Below are positions 61,301 to 64,000 of a DNA stretch of 64,000 nucleotides, one piece after another. A program made the position numbers and the translations under genes. Source of the stretch: Candidatus Hydrogenedens sp. Lineage in GTDB: Bacteria > Hydrogenedentota > Hydrogenedentia > Hydrogenedentales > Hydrogenedentaceae. Location of the stretch: contig JBMFRC010000003.1 of the NCBI GenBank assembly GCA_049968235.1, forward strand, positions 203,463 through 267,462, given 5' to 3'. How positions within the stretch are numbered: the first letter of the stretch is position 1; every line of letters begins with the position of its first letter. Below the pieces are notes generated by a model. The model worked only from the letters and a program-made list of their open reading frames with translations. It had not been told where the DNA came from and searched no databases.

Positions 61301-61789
61301 CGATTGCATGTTATTGCTTTCCCGTTGCCAATCTTTCACATCCCCTTCCGCAAAAGAAAACAAATGGGGAAGTAATGAGGAAAAATGTTCCTTAACAAAT
61401 TGTATAGGTTTTACACAACGTTTGCCATCCCATATAAAATCATTATTCCAGAGTGGTGCCCCAAACACCAGTAAATCACCACCTCGTTTTATGAATTCCA
61501 TAATTACAGGAGCGGTCAAAGCAGGTAAAGAAAAACCAGGAACAACTACCAGCAAATCTGTACTATTGAATACATCTGTGTTAGGAATAAAATCCTCTAT
61601 TCGAATATTCTTTGTTTGATATAAATCATTGTTCAAAATAGTAGAAATCTGTTCTCCAATAGAATTCCATTCGGAACTATTATTTGTATACAAAATAAGG
61701 GCATTCGGAATATTCTCAGTAGATAATGCCTCCCTGGATGATAGAAGGAAGAAAAAAAGTATCAAAGATAATCCCAATAAATACCTCAT
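58394..61789 (-). CDS. large secreted protein with central TIM-barrel glycoside-hydrolase-like (GH5/GH42-like) region
   Basis: Signal peptide. 'WCPHGVNYMPSSGIGVEWWHY...LERIAGIGLNSISVF...LLDLLYRADRLGLKVNLSL' resembles (beta/alpha)8 cellulase-superfamily hydrolases. Confidence 0.4.
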   Translation of the reverse strand: MRYLLGLSLILFFFLLSSREALSTENIPNALILYTNNSSEWNSIGEQISTILNNDLYQTKNIRIEDFIPNTDVFNSTDLLVVVPGFSLPALTAPVIMEFIKRGGDLLVFGAPLWNNDFIWDGKRCVKPIQFVKEHFSSLLPHLFSFAEGDVKDWQRESNNMQSPVVFEYQPLNDIIPNQTFHGFHAFIIDMKGWDIFASPALENPFPDNHQVTVFFARGTKTTDYLTVEWREKDGSRWITSVPLSTDWQFYVLTPDRFKLWESPSRSRTTFNPQNAVKVYIGLTMSHSPIAGGRHEFWFAGLGTAPMTPQYQILLQTTDLPKLELFYPEYKFYTSNNVHFVSTDTELALKEVTMPVPKQFLLIHPRPRGGGFDKRRSWRWVPLMHAWGKGKDYRGTISAMMIYNNEPYKNSVQACFAVQDPEWYLCEQFVNYFSEWIKKLREGVFFVDGGCSYYTVFSDQELPMGATVLMTSDADYPNADIQLLLRGNSGKVLWKDDLPIQPGKQQISRIEESIPYPQIAGDNVRVECYLIVNGETKDYVYHELNCWKPRTKKEFVKVKRGDFIYRGKRWCPHGVNYMPSSGIGVEWWHYFEYWMGAEAYDPWVIQRDLERIAGIGLNSISVFQYHDVMKDQNLLDLLYRADRLGLKVNLSLRPGTPFDFEWDKIKEMIEYYRLSEHDEVFAYDLAWEPMFPGHEGRKRWDKEWAGWVTERYGSIENAEKDWKYPIQRDENGNITNPTDKMMTNDGEWRVMVCAYRRFLDTLLYEYYNRARTLVRSVDTNHAVSFRMTEGSNPTNNWANPLPYDWYYLSQAVDILEPEAYGRIGNWEMVKPGWFQVKYGTFCNPDIPLIWAEIGYSVYRKNEEQTQRALKFQADFFTDFYKMLSRSGSDGVYFWWYPGGYRVNEKSDYGIINPDGTYRPATTVIKEHTKIFHKQKFQPYDCEIKIDRDKTSMGVYGIYNNIKETFWRLIEEGKNPKLVSEATGTNSRNCPLLAVGNVPYNSSNPPKYLDAFFDSVVWINNPEEKVVYKGDIIRLPKETEKIKLRVICTNLGEAEWIAGSKQDLSEGNVSLLICSGQKQQQVPLNKSLKRGETTAFHFEIPVNNNPSVQLTMESFNRALFGPKFTFSVQKSP

Positions 61790-61833
61790 GAATTTATCCT
61801 TTTTTATACAGAAGATATAGTATAATTATATTA

Positions 61834-61935
61834 GATTTTACAATATAAGCCCTTTGAACATATAAAACCTGTAATGGGGAGGATATCAGCACTTGAAATG
61901 ATTTTACAATATAAGTCCTTTGAACATATAAAACC
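61834..61935. promoter_or_regulatory. tandem 36-bp direct repeat (35/36 identical) in the divergent promoter region upstream of the surface-protein paralog
   Basis: 'gattttacaatataag(c/t)cctttgaacatataaaacc' at 61834..61869 and 61900..61935; ends 20 bp before the ATG at 61956. Confidence 0.4.
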
Positions 61936-61955
61936 CAAAACAGAGGATATTGAAA

Positions 61956-64000
61956 CATGTGGGGGAAAAACTATACGGAATGGCTGGTCATACTCTTACC
62001 GGCTCTTTTTATAACATCAACATTATTGGCACAGGAAAAAATCCTTTCAGGAACAAGCCTGTATGCACAGGTTGATAGAAATAAAATAAAAGCAGTCATT
62101 GATGATTTACCTAAAACAACATTCCGATTAACAATAACTCATAGTGGGGATGCTACAGGGACTACTTTCCCGGGTCCGGGTGTTTATGAATATTCCTCTG
62201 GACAAACAGTAGGGATTAGCGTTGCAACCTCCGATGGCGTTTATTTCGGCGGTTGGTCCGGTGACTCAGCAGGTTCCAGTGAGTTTATACAGGTGGTAAT
62301 GGACCGTGATAAAACGGTGGATGCCCGATTTACCAGTACGGGACACATACTAAATATTTATATTGAAGGGGAAGGAGGAACAACTCCGGGTCCCTTCGGA
62401 AATCCACATCGGTACTCAAGCGGTTTATATATCGATATAACAACTTACCAAACAAACCCATTGTGGCGATTTGAACACTGGGAAGGTGACATTGGTGAAA
62501 ATGACCCCAGAAGTTATGTTATCTATAACCTGCTAATGGACCAGGACCGTAATATAGCCGCAGTGTTCATCGAAAAACCATATTACGACTTAACAGTAGA
62601 AATCATAGGAGAAGGAAATGTCTCTCTACAGGAAGGTTATGAAACCCCCATCATTCTAACCCCAGGTGTGCATACATACTCCTACCTCGAATGGACATAT
62701 ATCCGCTGTGAAAGAATAGAAACAAACGAAGATTGGAAATTTCTTCGATGGGAAGGGGACTTTGGGGATACCTTGCCAACATATTTCAGATGCAGTTTCT
62801 CAATGGACAAAAACAGATACATCCGCTGTATATTTACCAATAATACTCAGGTCCCTAATGTGGTCGGTATCACTCAATCTAGTGCAACTACTGCTATTAC
62901 CAAAGCATGGTTAACTGTCGGGGAAATTACCGAGATTTGCAATGATGAATATCCTTCCGGGTATGTTGTCGACCAGGACCCGCCCGCAGGTACAACAGTA
63001 GAAATTAATACTCCCGCAGCACTCTGGGTATCCTCCGGTCCCTGTCCAGTACCCGTCCCAAATGTAATGGGGAAAACTCAAACAGAAGCGGAAGACGACA
63101 TCACCTTAGCAGGATTAATTTTAGGAAATGTATCCGAGCAATGTAATGACGAAGTGGAACAAGGTAAAGTAATTAACCAAAACCCTCAACCCGAAGAATT
63201 AGTGCCACCCGGTAGTCGCGTAGATATTGTGCTTTCCTCCGGTCCCTGTCCTATCACCGTGCCAAATATTGTCTGGCAATTTCAACAGGATGCAGAAACG
63301 ATAATAGCCAATGCGGGATTAGCCGTAGGGATAGTAACCGAGCAGTGTGATGACACCATACCAGATGGCAGAGTAATAAGCCAGAATCCATACGCCGGAA
63401 CACAGGTTCCACCTGGCACAGCAATCAACTTTACCGTTTCCACCGGTCCGTGTCTGGTAACTGTCCCCAATGTGGTGCAATATTCACAAACAATAGCAGG
63501 ACAAATACTTACATCCGCAGGACTAACCGTTGGCAATATTAGCCTGCAATGCCATAATAGTATTCGGACTGGACTCGTAATAAGCCAATCCCCATCAGCA
63601 GGCGAAAAAGTGCTACCAAACAGTGCTGTAGACCTTATCATTTCCTCCGGACCATGCATAGAAGGCTCACCCGAAGGAACCACAGAGGGCGAAGGTTTTG
63701 TTGAAGGGACTCCCGAAGGAACACCTGATGGTGAAGGGACAGTTGAAGGAACAACAGAAGGTAATGCCGAAGGTGAAGGCACCGTCGAAGGTACAACGGA
63801 AGGTATATCCGAAGGTAGTGCTGATGGCGAAGGTACCGTGGAAGGAGCAGTAGAAGGCGAAGGGACTAACGAAGGAGCCACTGAAGGTGAAGGTATGGCA
63901 GAAGGTGAAGGAGAAACACCATCACATAGTGCAGACCAAAATGGAGATTGGCAGATAAATCTACCCGAGTTATTACGCGTGATACAATTTTTCAATATAC
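61956..64000 (+). CDS. paralog of the 14301..16601 surface protein, 3' partial: InlB-B-repeat-like modules, four PASTA domains, E/G acidic repeat, start of dockerin-like module
   Basis: 'MWGKNYTEWLVILLPALF' signal. 'FEHWEGDIGENDP...AAVF' and 'FLRWEGDFGDTLPTYFRCSFSMDKNRY' repeats. Four PASTA-like 'VPN(V/I).G...A...(L/I)...GL..G......C.D' units. '(T/A)EGEG' repeats. 'DQNGDWQINLPELLRVIQFFN' at the window end. Absent from the ORF track because it has no stop within the window. Confidence 0.6.

Noticed and set aside
63282-63995. 237-aa minus-strand ORF from the track (P/S/V-rich)
   Set aside because: It is the antisense reading of the plus-strand PASTA/E-G-repeat coding region of the 61956.. gene. 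That gene has a signal peptide, paralogy to 14301..16601 and domain structure, so the plus-strand gene is the real one.

Overview
The window is a low-GC (about 40%) bacterial chromosomal segment. Surface and TAT-exported enzyme content (DUF1080, several Gfo/Idh/MocA oxidoreductases with twin-arginine signals, a DUF1573 lipoprotein, ECF sigma with a ZAS anti-sigma, and an archaeal-type PurO) suggests an uncultured PVC-superphylum-like lineage; this is weak inference.

Conserved housekeeping content:
- an M23 peptidase beside a bactofilin;
- rpsU;
- a gap-pgk pair followed by rpsO-pnp, an M16 peptidase and trmB;
- a MacAB/DevCBA-type ABC efflux operon;
- acetolactate synthase, rpsA, purO-purB, panE and recA;
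- two MATE transporters;
- a tRNA-Leu(CAG) and tRNA-Lys(UUU) pair.

Points that stand out:
1. Two paralogous large secreted proteins, one complete and one running off the 3' end. Each combines InlB-B-repeat-like modules, PASTA domains, an acidic E/G-rich linker and a C-terminal dockerin/EF-hand-like module with a recurring ELLRxIQFFN signature. The first copy is followed by a 7TM membrane protein; a tandem 36-bp direct repeat lies upstream of the second copy.
2. A long coiled-coil protein ending in an MshEN-type c-di-GMP-binding domain, with both 24-residue RLGxxLLxxGxIxxxxLxxxLxxQ motifs. Its stop overlaps the start of a secreted nucleoside hydrolase, which is followed by a ROK kinase.
3. A roughly 690-bp element bounded by 17-bp inverted repeats. 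It carries an IS5-family (DUF772) transposase N-terminal remnant and a hairpin-forming CACAGAGA-unit array. A second, shorter copy sits in inverted orientation about 31 kb away.
4. An A9 homopolymer exactly at the junction of two ORFs; one extra A would fuse them into a single lipoprotein.
5. A PGK with a C-terminal Cys/Gly tail.
6. An Ntn-type glutamine amidotransferase whose catalytic Cys is not adjacent to any canonical start codon.

No CRISPR array, rRNA or integrase was found.
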